64,000 nt of DNA, from contig NC_043000.1 of NCBI RefSeq assembly GCF_006345805.1, forward strand, positions 115,816,001-115,880,000, in the 5' to 3' direction. The translations under genes and the position numbers were made by a program. Of the stretch, positions 40,630 through 53,802 are shown piece after piece. Position 1 is the stretch's first letter, and the number at the start of each line of letters is the position of its first letter. Origin of the DNA: Octopus sinensis. Its lineage: Eukaryota. Below the pieces are notes generated by a model, which was not told the origin of the DNA, did not search any database, and saw nothing but the letters and a program-made list of their open reading frames with translations.

Positions 40630-41449
40630 CCTACGTAATATAGATCTTCTAGTATTGTGGCTGATTTATAGTAACGCGTGAACTCCAAGAACAACAGCAG
40701 GTCCAATGTTTTCAGACAGGGCAGAAACAACAATAGGTTAGCCATGTGTTACTACATGGACGTCACAAAACCACACACATACACAGCTCAAAGCAGGTTG
40801 ATCAATACCGTATCGATTTAACCACTTACGCTTCTCAATCGTCTGAACATATCGGGTATATTCCGATAGTATGGCATTTCTGAAATAATATTGATATAGA
40901 AGCAAAGCCAGTAAAATGAATGGCTTTCATTTTCATGAAAGATATTCTAGATTAACTAGTAAGGGAATTTAGTATCTATATATTCATAGCAAGGCGTTTT
41001 CGTAGATTAAATGCATGTTGTTGTTGTTGTTGTTGCTGTTTTAGTTCCCGTTATTTCGGATGTGAGTGATTTTTCGTCTCGCAGTTCAAATGATAACGAA
41101 GAGAAATGTTTTCTCGTTGTGATTCTAAGAATTTTTCAATTTGATACCGATTTCTTTATTGATATACTTTAGGTATCTCCATCACCGCTTCCTCTCCCTC
41201 TCTCTCTCCATCCATCTCTCTCTCTGCAACTCTCTCTTTTTACGCATATGCATGCGTGCGCGCGTGTGTGTGTGTATGTATGTATGTGTGTTTTGGGGAG
41301 TGTTTGAGTGCGCAGGTATGTATATGCCTGGTGTGTGTTTTTGTGTCTGTATATAAATATATTTCTATGTATTGATATGTATGTACATACGGATACAGAT
41401 GCACACATATATTCATATATTTAATGTGCGTGTTCATAAATATCTGTAT

Positions 41450-41492
<43 letters not shown>

Positions 41493-41633
41493 ATATATGT
41501 ATATATATGTATATATATGTATATATATACATACATATGCATATATACATACATGCATACATATATAATATATATGTATATATATGTATATATATATATA
41601 CATACATATGCATATATACAACATGCATACATA

Positions 41634-41686
<53 letters not shown>

Positions 41687-41716
41687 TCATATGTACATAT
41701 AAATACATACACACAC

Positions 41717-41750
<34 letters not shown>

Positions 41751-41979
41751 GTATATATTCGTATAAATATTTGTGTATCTCACTGTATATATACCTAACA
41801 TATCTAATTAAAAGTGTACTGACGCGTACGCACGCATATTTAACGCACAGGAATAGACAGAAAAAGCTGTATACACACACACACACGCACACACACACAC
41901 ACATATCTATATATATCTATATATATACATATTTATATATTATACATATATTATATATAATACATATATATATATATAT

Positions 41980-42010
<31 letters not shown>

Positions 42011-42328
42011 ATATATATATATACATATATTATATATATATATACATATATTATATATATACATTTATTATATATATAACATATATTATATATATATAAT
42101 TTATTATATATATATATATACATATATAATTTATATATATATACATATATGTATATATATACATATATAGTATATATATTATATATATTATATATAATAT
42201 ATATATTATATATATTATATATAATATATATTTATATATTATATATATATATTATATATATTATATATATTATATATATATATTATATATATTATATATA
42301 CTATATATATAATATATATTATATATAT

Positions 42329-42375
<47 letters not shown>

Positions 42376-42405
42376 TATATATATATATATATTATATATA
42401 TATAC
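41450..42405. repeat. (TA)n-rich microsatellite block
   Basis: Directly visible. Confidence 0.95.
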
Positions 42406-42580
42406 AATAGCATACGTACATCGTCAAATATTTCACAGTGTAGATTTTGTCATTTAAATGACTTCCTTTATTGCGGTTGCTACAATACAACAATACAGTA
42501 ACCATCAATAACAGCGAAACAGCTTTAACAAGTCTAGATTATATTACGGAACTGTTTGATTTTTCCTACATGAAAAGACC

Positions 42581-42641
<61 letters not shown>

Positions 42642-43173
42642 AATGAATAGATAAATAAATAAATACGTAGAAAATATAAAAGAATTGCTCTTAGCAGATA
42701 CAAAGGAAATCTAATCTGAAGGAATTTTAAGGCCTCAAATATTTGTTCTAAACCTCATAACTTAAGATTATTGCCGTCGTAAGCTGTATCCCTGTAATGT
42801 AATTTTTGGTAGTAAAACTATTTAGCCTTATAATCGCTTGTTATTGCTTTATAACAAGCCATAATGTATTTTGTTTCTAGACCATGTTTGATTTTGGACA
42901 TTGAATAAATATTGGACTGGAGGGGAAACATTTAGAAATGTTTGGAAATTATGATTTTTAATGCTGGTGTGTAGCTGTATCAATATTTGATGACTCTTTC
43001 TGAGTTTTAAAATTTTGACTACACAGTTCCTTGGAGAATTGTGGAAGAAACGAGGTTATGATATTGTGTAGTTAAAAATTCTTTTTCGTCATTTAATAGT
43101 TGATTTCTTTAAACAGCCGTGATATTCCTAGCAGTTTGGCGAATAATTATATCTCCTTTTTACCTCTGTGATA

Positions 43174-43403
43174 TGGCAGCGAGCTGGCACAATCGTTAGC
43201 ACGCTGGGCGAAATGCGTAGCCGTATTTCGTCTGCCGTTACGTTCTGAGTTCAAATTCCGCCGAGGTCAACTTTGCCTTTCATCCTTTCGGGGTCGATAA
43301 ATTAAGTACCAGTTACGCACTGGGGTCGATGTAATCGACTTAATCCGTTTGTCTGTCCTTGTTTGTCCCCTCTGTGTTTATCCCCTTGTGAGTATTAAAG
43401 AAA
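43174..43403 (+). mobile_element. SINE family 2 monomer
   Basis: Homology to 13386-13620. Confidence 0.85.
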
Positions 43404-43625
43404 CATTGTTGTACACACAAAAACACACACACAAACAGGCACACTCATATAGGCACACAAACAGACACATACACAAATACACACACACGTGTGTGTTTCT
43501 GTGTGTGCATATGTGTGTTTGTATGTGTGTCAGGTCTCTGTGACCACTACTAGTAACATGTGAGTTCAGCAATGGAATTGCAGCTGCCTACTTCATTAGT
43601 TCCTAACACAAAAAATTACTTACTA

Positions 43626-44037
43626 GGCGCAGGAGTGGCTGTGTGGTAAGTAGCTTGCTAACCAACCACATGGTTCCGGGTTCAGTCCCCCTGCGTGGCA
43701 TCTTGGGCAAGTGTTTCTGCTATAGCCCCGGGCCGACCAATGCCTTGTGAATGGATTTGGTAGACGGAAACTGAAAGAAGTCTGTCGTATATGTGTATAT
43801 ATATATATGTATATATGTGTTTGTTTGTGTTTGTGTGCCTGTGTTTGTCACCCTAGCATTGCTTGACAACTGATGCTGGTGTGTTTACGTCCCCGTCACC
43901 TAGCGGTTCGGCAAAATAGACCGATAGAATAAGTAGTGGGCTTACGAAAAATAAGTTCCGAGGTCGATTTGATCGACTAAAGGCGGTGCTCCAGCATGGC
44001 CGCAGTCAAATGACTGAGACAAGTAAAAGAGTAAGAG
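43626..44037 (+). mobile_element. Complete CORE-like tRNA-derived SINE
   Basis: Head ggcgcaggagtggctgtgtggtaag..gggttcagtccc, CORE-like cttgggcaagtg, central TA/TG microsatellite, tail ggcggtgctccagcatggccgcag..aagtaaaagag. Confidence 0.88.
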
Positions 44038-44148
44038 TTTATTTTGTCCTGGTGCTGAATGAACATTTAATGTCGCTTTTGAGTCAGGTTTTGACTGCTA
44101 TTTCCAGCGTGGTCGTATCTCTTAGATACCCTAAATTATAACATACAG

Positions 44149-44191
<43 letters not shown>

Positions 44192-46229
44192 TAGATAGAT
44201 AAATACACGGTAGAAATGAACTATTTGGCTATTTGGCTGAAGTAATATTTACTTATAATCAAATTGATGTTAACAGAAATTGTTTGTTATCGACCTCGTC
44301 TTACAAGATATGGCTTTTTACGAAGAATCGATAATTATAATTGACACCCGTCATCAGTATTGTGTTCGGTGTATGTGGACAGACATTCGTTTGCTTAATC
44401 GAGAACGATTTAAGTTTTCGCGACGAAAACACTAAATTCTTATCAACTGGATTTTATCCAGTCCCAACATCTCCACCACGACAAAAACCTTATATTGGGA
44501 AGTATGAATTCCATTGACACCTTCCGGGGGTAAAAACAGGAGATAAATTCGACGCTAAGTGTCACTTCTTATCAAACCCGATAAAATGTAGTGCCAAATA
44601 CTGCAATAAATTAATGTAAAGTTTTACTGTTTTTCTTAAATTCTATTTTATCCATTTAAATAAGTTATATATAATCCTGCTTTCAAGATTATTCTGATTT
44701 TGCTTCTATTCATAATTTAATGCCTTTTAGATATATTTTTTATCTCATGTAATAAAGTTTAATTACGTTCATTATTGTACGAATTATTTTTTTAATCTAC
44801 AATACGTTGTGAATGATATTTTGCCGCTCATTTTTGTATCTTTGGCTGCCATTTTGTTTTTGGCATTGTACGAGTTTAAGCTTACACTTGGTCTTATGTG
44901 ACAATTATACAACTATAAAAATACCGTATCTCTTCATTTTACTTGAAACCAAAGGGAATTGTTCACGTGCGCATATATGATGATATCGCTGTTATTGTAT
45001 TGACCAGACTAGGGATGTGTTGTACACCTTTAGCACGCCGGGCAAAATACTTAGAAGAATTTTGTCCGTTTTTTTGTTCTGTGTTCAAATTCCACCAAGG
45101 TCGACTTTGCGTTTCATTTTTTTCTGGTCGATAAAATAAGTACCAACCGAACACTGGGGTCGATGCAATCGACTTAGCCTCTCCCCGAAATTGCAAGCCT
45201 TGTGTCAAAATTTTAAATCAATATTAAGGCATCTAAAAGCAGTGAGCTGGCAGAATCGTTAACATGTCGGGTAATCAGCCGTCTTTACGTTCTGAGTTCA
45301 AATTTCGTTGAGGTCGACTTTGCCATTTATTTCTTTCAAGATCGATGAAAATAAATTGCAGTTGAACACTGGGGTCGACGAATCGATTTACCCCTCCCTC
45401 GAAATTGCTGACCTTGTGCCAAAATTTGAAATCCATATTATATCATCTAAGAACCGCAGAAGTAAAACTGCCAAGTTTTCTCTATATAATTAACTCCATC
45501 GTTTGTTACTCAAACATGTATCCGGTCGTTATGTCTTAGAAACGGTTAGAGGAAGTTAATGGTATTTTAATCGCTATCATTACCATACAAATTATATCCT
45601 CTTGCATTTGACAAATCTAAAATGTTACCGAAGATTCTTTTAAATAAATACAAAAAAATAAAATATCGGTCTAAATGTTCCGAAAGTGTATGTACCGGTT
45701 GCGATGATAAAATTCCGTAAATTCGAATCATTATTTTAAATTAGTTTCTATTCAGACAGTTGTTACATTGAGATATTTTCGAAATATTTTTTTGAAAATC
45801 TTTTAATTAGATTGTCAAGTTAAAACAAAGATTGAATCTTTATGTAGTTAATTGGATAACATCGCTGCGAAATACGCATGACTAAACAACGAACACATTT
45901 GTGGAAGGTTCATACAGTGCGTAATTTCACGAACGGTCTTTCATGATCAAAGGAATTTTTTTTATTTTGTAAGCTCAAAATTCAATTAAATTGGTTGAAA
46001 CGCACCATTTAGGTGATCATTCATAACTACGTATCCAGTGGCAGTTAAAAGAGAAGACAAGACCATTATATTGTATATTTTTAAAAATATATACTGCCAA
46101 TAATAACAACAGACTTAGTAGCGTTCCTGCCACCACCTGGTTCAAGATAGAAGAAAACTCACAAAGACTTAAAATTGAAACAATTCTTTCTATCACATGC
46201 GCAAGAACAAAAAATTGTGCAAGAGGAGA

Positions 46230-46915
46230 GCTGATCGATTTTATCAACTTCAGTGCTCAATTGGAATTTATTGTATTGAGACCTAAAGAATGAAAGTTAA
46301 AGTTAACCTCGGCGGAATTTGAACTCAGAGCATGAAGCCGGAAGAAATGCCGCTCAACATTTTTTGTCCGATGTGCTAACGATTTTATCAGTCAGCTCAC
46401 CGTCTTCTATAAATGAAATAATTATTTATTTCTTTATTGCCCACAAGGGGCTAAACATAGAGCGGACAAACAAAGACAGACAAAAGGATTAAGTCGATTA
46501 CATCGACCCCGGTGCGAAACTGGTACTTAATTTATCGACCCCGAAAGGATGAAAGGCAAAGTCGATCTCGACGGAATTTGAACTCAGAACGTAACGACAG
46601 ACGAAATACCGCTAAGCATTTTGCCCGGCGCGCTAACGTGTTGGCCAGCTCGCCGCCTTCATAAATGGAATAATTCTTTCTACTATAGGCACAAGGGATG
46701 AAATTTTGAGAGAGAGGGTCTAGTGATTACATCGACACCAGTACAAAACTGGTACTTATTTCATTGACACTGAAAGGATGAAAGACAAAGTCGAAGTCGG
46801 CGGCATTGAACGCAGGATGTAAAAAAGAGAAAAACAAGAAAAGAAAAAGAAAAGCGAAGGAAATTCTCAACAGCATTTCGTCGAGTGTGCTAACGCTTCT
46901 GCTTTCTCGCCGCCT
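46230..46915 (-). mobile_element. Cluster of SINE family 2 copies
   Basis: Three minus-strand copies of varying divergence. Confidence 0.8.
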
Positions 46916-47139
46916 CCAACGAATGAAATAATAATGTACTGATATTAAGTACTGTTCTTTTATTGTATTATTAGCTGTGGCAATCTTCGGACACCCGTTT
47001 CTTGTGTTCCGTCAGTTACAATAACACCAGTAATCAACTGGTGTATATTTTCAGTTCTATATTTAAAAGATGAGGAATTATGTACGTTATTTACATTATT
47101 TACATTCGACGGATATTTGTCCTCATCTTGTTTGTTGTC

Positions 47140-47185
47140 AACACAACGTTTCGGCTGATATACCCTCCAGCCTTCTTCAGGTGTC
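47140..47185 (-). ncRNA. Minimal hammerhead ribozyme
   Basis: Reverse complement is gacac-CTGAAGA-a-ggctg..cagcc-GAAA-cg-TT-gtgtt. Confidence 0.75.
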
Positions 47186-47353
47186 TTGGGGAAATATGCC
47201 CATGGGCATATGGCGTTGTGGTTAAGAGTGCCGGCCACTAACGCCAAGATTCCGAGTTCGATTCCAAGCAGTGACCTGAACAAGAATAATAATAATAATA
47301 ATAACATCGAAAAATACCTTAGGAATGAGAACCCAGGTTCGAAATTTCCGCAA

Positions 47354-47399
47354 GACACCTGAAGAAGGCTGGAGGGTATATCAACCGAAACGTTGTGTT
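47354..47399 (+). ncRNA. Minimal hammerhead ribozyme
   Basis: gacac-CTGAAGA-a-ggctg..caacc-GAAA-cg-TT-gtgtt. Confidence 0.72.
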
Positions 47400-47639
47400 A
47401 ACAACAAAGAAGATGAGGACAAATATCCGTCAAATGTAAATAATGTAAATGGTGTATATTTTATTATTCGTACTTATTTGCCGAACTTGGAAGAGGGAAA
47501 AGCATCGTGAATCTGCGTAGGATTTGATCTCAGAAAGTAAATATACATACCCAAATTTCTCGTGATATTTTATTTGCTTCTCTATCGATTCGAACCTGTA
47601 CTTGTCAGACATATGTCTCATTATCGATTCAATGTACTC

Positions 47640-47850
47640 ACTTTTTTACTCTTTTACTTGTTTCAGTCATTTGACTGCGGCCATACTGGATCACCGCCTT
47701 TAGTCGAGCAATTCGACCCCAGGACTTATTCTTTGTAAGCGTAGTACTTACTCTATCGCTCTCTTTTGCCGAGCCGCTAAGTGACGGGGACGTAAACACA
47801 CCAGCATCGGTTGTCAAGCGATATTGGGGGGGGGGCAAAGACACACACAC

Positions 47851-47883
<33 letters not shown>

Positions 47884-48036
47884 CGACGGGCGTCTTTCAG
47901 TTTCCATCTACCAAATCCACTCACAAGGCTTTGGTCGGTCCGGGGCTATAGTAGAAGACACTTGCCCAAGGTACCACGCAGCGGGACTGAACCCGGAACC
48001 ATGTGGTTGGTAAGCAAGCTACTTACCACACAGCCT
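47640..48036 (-). mobile_element. CORE-like SINE, near complete
   Basis: Reverse complement of the 43626-44037 family. Confidence 0.88.
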
Positions 48037-48234
48037 ATCAGTCATTATATGACGGGTAACTTTGTGGGTATACTTTTGCCAGCCTGGGTAATATCTGCAA
48101 ATATGGCATAAATGCTAGGGTTACCATTTTAACTTTTACCAATTTTCTTGGTGATTATATAAAATGAGGTGTATATTAAATTTCAAAAGAAAACATATTC
48201 ATTATTTTAGCATTAATAAATGTGTTTCTTTATA

Positions 48235-48432
48235 CGAGGTGGGTGCTGAGAAGTTCCTGGCTTTAAGGGTATCGCGTACACCAACCTTCCGAGTCCTTTT
48301 ACGGGGCTTAGTAAAACTGTAGGTCTGCTGCAATGAGTATGTGAATTTGAGAGGGGAACATGTTGAATAAAATCATAATTAACTGATCCTCCTGTATTTT
48401 CTTTTACCCAACGCCAGGAACTTTTCAGCTCG
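48235..48432. mobile_element. mariner-type MITE
   Basis: TA-cgag..gctgagaagttcctgg / ccaggaacttttcagc-tcg-TA imperfect TIRs. Confidence 0.7.
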
Positions 48433-48899
48433 TATATATGTATGTGTGCTTGTGTGTGTGCGAATATGTATGTATAATGTATATTTCTGTGAATGTATGT
48501 GTGTATATATATGTTTTGTTTGTGTATGCATGTATGTGTTTCAATATTTGTGTGCATCTATATACAAACACGTTACTCGCTGACGCACGTTACACGCACA
48601 CATTTTGTATAGACTTAAGACACACACATTTTACACACACACCCGTGCACACGTTTGTGAGTGTGTCTGTATTTTTACTTAACCTATAATGAATTATTTT
48701 TCTGTTTGCATTTCAGGTGAATATATTTATTTGTCTCAAGAAAACTTGCCACTTGTTTTTATCTTTTTGAACTGTTTACGACCTTTTGAATTGACGATCC
48801 TCGTCTTTATCACACCCTTGTCATTGTTTTACAAACAACGTTTTTGATATGATACGCTTTAAATTCTTCCATGATACACTTGTAATTAATTGCCCCCTC

Positions 48900-48981
<82 letters not shown>

Positions 48982-49208
48982 TACCTTCTTACCATACTCT
49001 CCCCCTCCTCCCCCTCTCTCTCTTCTCCCTTTTAGTTCTACTTTGTTTTATAAAGTTTATTTCGTCTTGCAATTTTTCATACTCTCCACGTCCATGACAC
49101 TTTAATCACTCTATCTACCTCTCTGAACATATTTGTAAACACTCACTCTCTCACTCACTCGTTTACTCGCTCTCTCTGTCTATAATTATGTAGCTATATA
49201 TACGTACA

Positions 49209-49256
<48 letters not shown>

Positions 49257-49371
49257 TATTAATACATATTTATGCATATATATCAATATGTATGCATATG
49301 CATATATACATATGTATGTGCGTATATATATATATATATATATGACATAAATACATGTATATATATTTATT

Positions 49372-49409
<38 letters not shown>

Positions 49410-49415
49410 TCCATG

Positions 49416-49471
<56 letters not shown>

Positions 49472-50419
49472 TAGGATGTATGTGCACATTATTTAAATGC
49501 ACAATATCAATTTGTTTTAATGTCTTTATAATTATGCAGATATAACGTCTTACGTATAGTTCTTAAACAATTAACTTTTCTCAATTATGTCCAATTTTGC
49601 ACACACTCTCCCGAAATTTATATTTATTTATTCATACTTTTGTTCCGCCATTTTTCCTTAGATTAAATGTACCCCTCCCCCATCTTCCTTTTACATAAAT
49701 TACGTTCAGTTCTTCCTTTATTTAACATTTATTATCTTCGGCATTAGTAAATACTTTCATACGTAGCACCATTCTAATTTGCAATTAATTCCACAAAATT
49801 CCCGTTGAGCTTAAAATCTTTATTAATATTCTTCTGAGATCAAAGGTTTTTCTCTATTTTCTATAATTAATAATTATGTATTAATTTGAACAAGTTTTAT
49901 CATCTTTAATCTAAACATAAGCTTTTGCCGTACGATATTGGATTTGTTCTTTTCATTGAATTAACCCCAGAGCTTTCGAAGTATATTTATGCTTGTAGTT
50001 GTTTTAACAGCTGATTCTCAAGGAATATACCTTTTGCTTTTGAATCTGTTCAGCCATTAGACTGCGGGACGTCGCCTTCAAGGGTTTTCGTCGAGCAGGC
50101 CGAACCCTGTATTTATCATACCGTTCTCTTATACCGAACTGCTAAGATACGGGGACGTAAACAAACTAACACCGGTTCTCAAATGACTGCGGAAGAACGA
50201 GCAAACACACACACACACACAAGCACACACGCAAACACACACACATTCATAGGATGAGCTTCCACGTGGTTTCCTTCTACCGAGTTCACACACAAGACAC
50301 TGAGCCACTCGGGGTTATATTAGAAGATGCCCACTCGAGGAACCGTGCAGAGGGATTGAACCCGAAATCACGTAATTGCAAAGCGAGCTTCTTACTCTCA
50401 GAACTATGCCTGCACCTAT

Positions 50420-50459
<40 letters not shown>

Positions 50460-50594
50460 TTATAAAATAAGAGCAAGAAAATTTCATCAAAAAAATCATC
50501 ACAGAAGATATACGTCCCAAATAATATTGTATTAACAGATAGAAGCATAAATATATAAATTATGATTATTTAAAAGGTTTAAAAGTTTAAAATA

Positions 50595-50683
50595 TCTTAC
50601 GATCGTTTCGTGAATATATTACCTTTCGAAATGGAATCTAAAATTGATAATCATTATTAGGTAATGCATCCACTCGTCCGAGA
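50595..50683 (-). ncRNA. Hammerhead variant (CGGACGA core) in a pLTR-like fragment (~50460-50850)
   Basis: Reverse complement is tct-CGGACGA-gtg..attacct..aggtaat..cac-GAAA-cgatcg-TA-aga. Confidence 0.62.
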
Positions 50684-50849
50684 GAAAGAAGGTGAATTTC
50701 TGTGTAGTCAATCGAATGCTATTTAAAAATATATGAAAAAGATGTTGTTTAAAGATGTTGCTTAAAAGGTTAGTGACGTAGATATGTGTTGGTACAATTT
50801 TGTGCTAGAAATTTTAAAGAAATAATTCTCATTGAATATATTTGATTAA

Positions 50850-50894
<45 letters not shown>

Positions 50895-51026
50895 TATAAG
50901 AGGAATCGCCACCAAGGTGAGTTCCTAATATGCTTGAAGAAGACGCCAAATACTCTTCGTGGTAAGGCGATTTGGCGTCTTCTTCTAGCATATTAGGAAC
51001 CCACATTGGTGGCTATTCCTCTTATA
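50895..51026. repeat. Imperfect ~130 bp palindrome related to 12467-12662
   Basis: Shared ggcgatttgRcgtct..tctagcat motif. Confidence 0.8.
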
Positions 51027-51062
51027 TATATATGTATGTGTGTGTGTGTTTTATGTATCTAT

Positions 51063-51475
51063 TTATTTTTTTCACTTGTTTCAGTCATTTGACTGTGGCC
51101 ATGCTTGAGCACCGCCTTTAGTCGAGCAAATCGACCCCAGGACTTATTCTTTGTAAGCCTAGTACTTACTCTATCGGTCTCCTTTGCCGAACCGCTAAGT
51201 TACGGGGGCGTAAACACACCAGCATCGGTTGTCAAGCGATGTTGGGGGAACAAACACAGACACAGAAACCTATACACACACATACATATATATACATATA
51301 CATATATACGACGGGATTCTTTTCAGTTTCCCTCTACCAAATCCACTCACAAGGCTTTGGTCGGCCCGAGACTATAGTAGAAAACACTTGCCCAAGGTGC
51401 CACGCAGTGGGACTGAACCCGGAACCATGTGGCTGGTAAGCAAGCTACTTAACACTCAGTCACTCATACGCCTAC
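51063..51475 (-). mobile_element. CORE-like SINE
   Basis: Homology to 47640-48036. Confidence 0.88.
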
Positions 51476-52104
51476 AATATATATATATTTATATATATAT
51501 GCCTACCTGTATCTGAATGAATGTTTATATATGTACGAGTATGTGTGTGTTTGTACACACACACACACTCACGATAGCGTCTAAGCTTGTGAATATGTGT
51601 ATATGTGTGTTAGTGCATGTTTGTGCTTGTGTGTGTGTAAACACAATTCACGTCTATTAGAATTATATTCTTAAAAACATGACCCGGAACCTAATTGCCT
51701 CTGAAACGTATAACAGCGTATATCGCCCCGTTTTCAGATTTTCGCTTTTATGATTTATGATGACACAGCTGCTTCGAGATTATTGTCCAAGTATTTCGAT
51801 TAGCGAAACCTTTTTTATAAGCTTCAAGCTGTGAATGAAATATTTTTCGATTTAAGTTTTCATTAATTCCGCAAAAGCTATAAACGAAAATATCTGAGGA
51901 AATATAATCATGCGCCATTATAATATACACGTATGGGTGTGGGTAGGTAGGGTGGTAAGGGCAATATGTGTATGCATGTATGTATGATTCATATATGAAT
52001 GTCTGTGTGTATATGATATATGTATGAATGTGTATATGTATGCATGTAGGCAGTGGGGGATGTACACATGCCTGAATGTACGTTTAAGTTATTGTGTTTG
52101 TGTA

Positions 52105-52152
<48 letters not shown>

Positions 52153-52165
52153 CACACACACACGC

Positions 52166-52200
<35 letters not shown>

Positions 52201-52202
<2 letters not shown>

Positions 52203-53627
52203 GATAAATATCAAAGTGAGTTATATACAGTAGCGGTAACACATCGTGATGTATTTTTGCCATTTCAATATGGCTAACCCCTAAGGGTGGATGCTACTGT
52301 AGTTTTTAGCCCCAGGAGGACACACTCCTCCAGCTGGCCATAGACACACTATCTGTGTCCTGTCAGTATTTGCAAAGGGAAGTCATCCTTCCCGTCTTCA
52401 ACTTATGATACACACGGACTCGAGTTTCGAGGTATTGACCTCTCGTCATCGTGTGACAATCATAGTTGTCGCCGAGAATTAGATTTCCTTCACAAATACT
52501 TATACTTTTTCCAGCGCCCACTGTCGCTGATATTGAAAAAGTGAAATCAAACAATGATAAATATCAAAGTGAGTTATATACAGTAGCGGTAACACATCGT
52601 GATGTATTTTTGCCATTTCAATATGGCTAACCCCTAAGGGTGGATGCTACTGTAGTTTTTAGCCCCAGGAGGACACACTCCTCCAGCTGGCCATAGACAC
52701 ACTATCTGTGTCCTGTCAGTATTTGCAAAGGGAAGTCATCCTTCCCGTCTTCAACTTATGATACACACGGACTCGAGTTTCGAGCTATGGACCTCTCGTC
52801 ATCGTGTGACAATCATAGTTGTCGCCGAGAATTAGATTTCCTTCACAAATACTTATACTTTTTCCAGCGCCCACTGTCGCTGATATTGAAAAAGTGAAAT
52901 CAAACAATGATAAATATCAAAGTGAGTTATATACAGTAGCGGTAACACATCGTGATGTATTTTTGCCATTTCAATATGGCTAACCCCTAAGGGTGGATGC
53001 TACTGTAGTTTTTAGCCCCATGAGGACACACTCCTCCAGCTGGCCATAACACACTATCTGTGTCCTGTCAGTATTGCAAAGGGAAGTCATCCTCCCGTCT
53101 TCAACTTATGATACACAGGACTCGAGTTTCGAGCTATTGACCTCTCGTCATCGTGTGACAATCATAGTTGTCGCCGAGAATTAGATTTCTTCACAAATAC
53201 TTATACTTTTTCCAGCGCCCACTGTCTGATATTGAAAAATTGAAATCACAATGATAAATATCAAGTGTTTATATACAGTGCGGTACACACCGCTACTGGT
53301 AACTCACTTTGATATTTATCATGTTTGATTTCACTTTTTCATATCAGCGACAGTGGGCGCTGGAAAAAGTATAAGTATTGTGAAGGAAATCTAATTCTCG
53401 GCGACATCTATGATTGTCACACGATGACGAGAGGTCAATACCTCGAAACTCGAGTCCATGTGTATCATAAGTTGAAGACGGGAAGGATGACTTCCCTTTG
53501 CAAATACTGACAGGACACAGATAGTGTGTCTATGGCCAGCTGGAGGAGTGTGTCCTCCTGGGGCTAAAAACTACAGTAGCATCCACCCTTAGGGGTTAGC
53601 CATATTGAAATGGCAAAAATACATCAC
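52201..53627. mobile_element. 353 bp tandem array (3 units + partial) followed by one inverted unit; retrozyme-like
   Basis: Unit starts at 52201, 52554, 52907 and ~53251; inversion near 53290; one HHR motif per unit. Confidence 0.88.
52411..52455 (-). ncRNA. Hammerhead variant (ATGACGA core); further copies at 52764-52808(-), 53114-53157(-) and 53418-53462(+)
   Basis: cacacg-ATGACGA-gagg-tcaata-cctc-GAAA-ctcgag-TC-cgtgtg. Confidence 0.78.
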
Positions 53628-53768
53628 TATATATATATATATATATATTATATATACATACATATATCACAGTATCAAAATATCGACCAGACAATCAGAT
53701 GCTGTTATACACCTCTGGTCACAATGCGTTTCCATTTTCGTCTTGATTAGGCAAAAATGTGTGTGTAT

Positions 53769-53802
<34 letters not shown>

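Larger units (their letters stand above)
47052..47449. mobile_element. Head-to-head dimer of the hammerhead-tailed SINE flanked by a 13 bp TSD
   Basis: tggtgtatatttt at 47039-47051 and 47450-47462; junction atatgccc-at-gggcatat. Confidence 0.8.

Noticed and set aside
52201-53627. CRISPR-like array
   Set aside because: Whole units repeat without unique spacers, and the context is eukaryotic.
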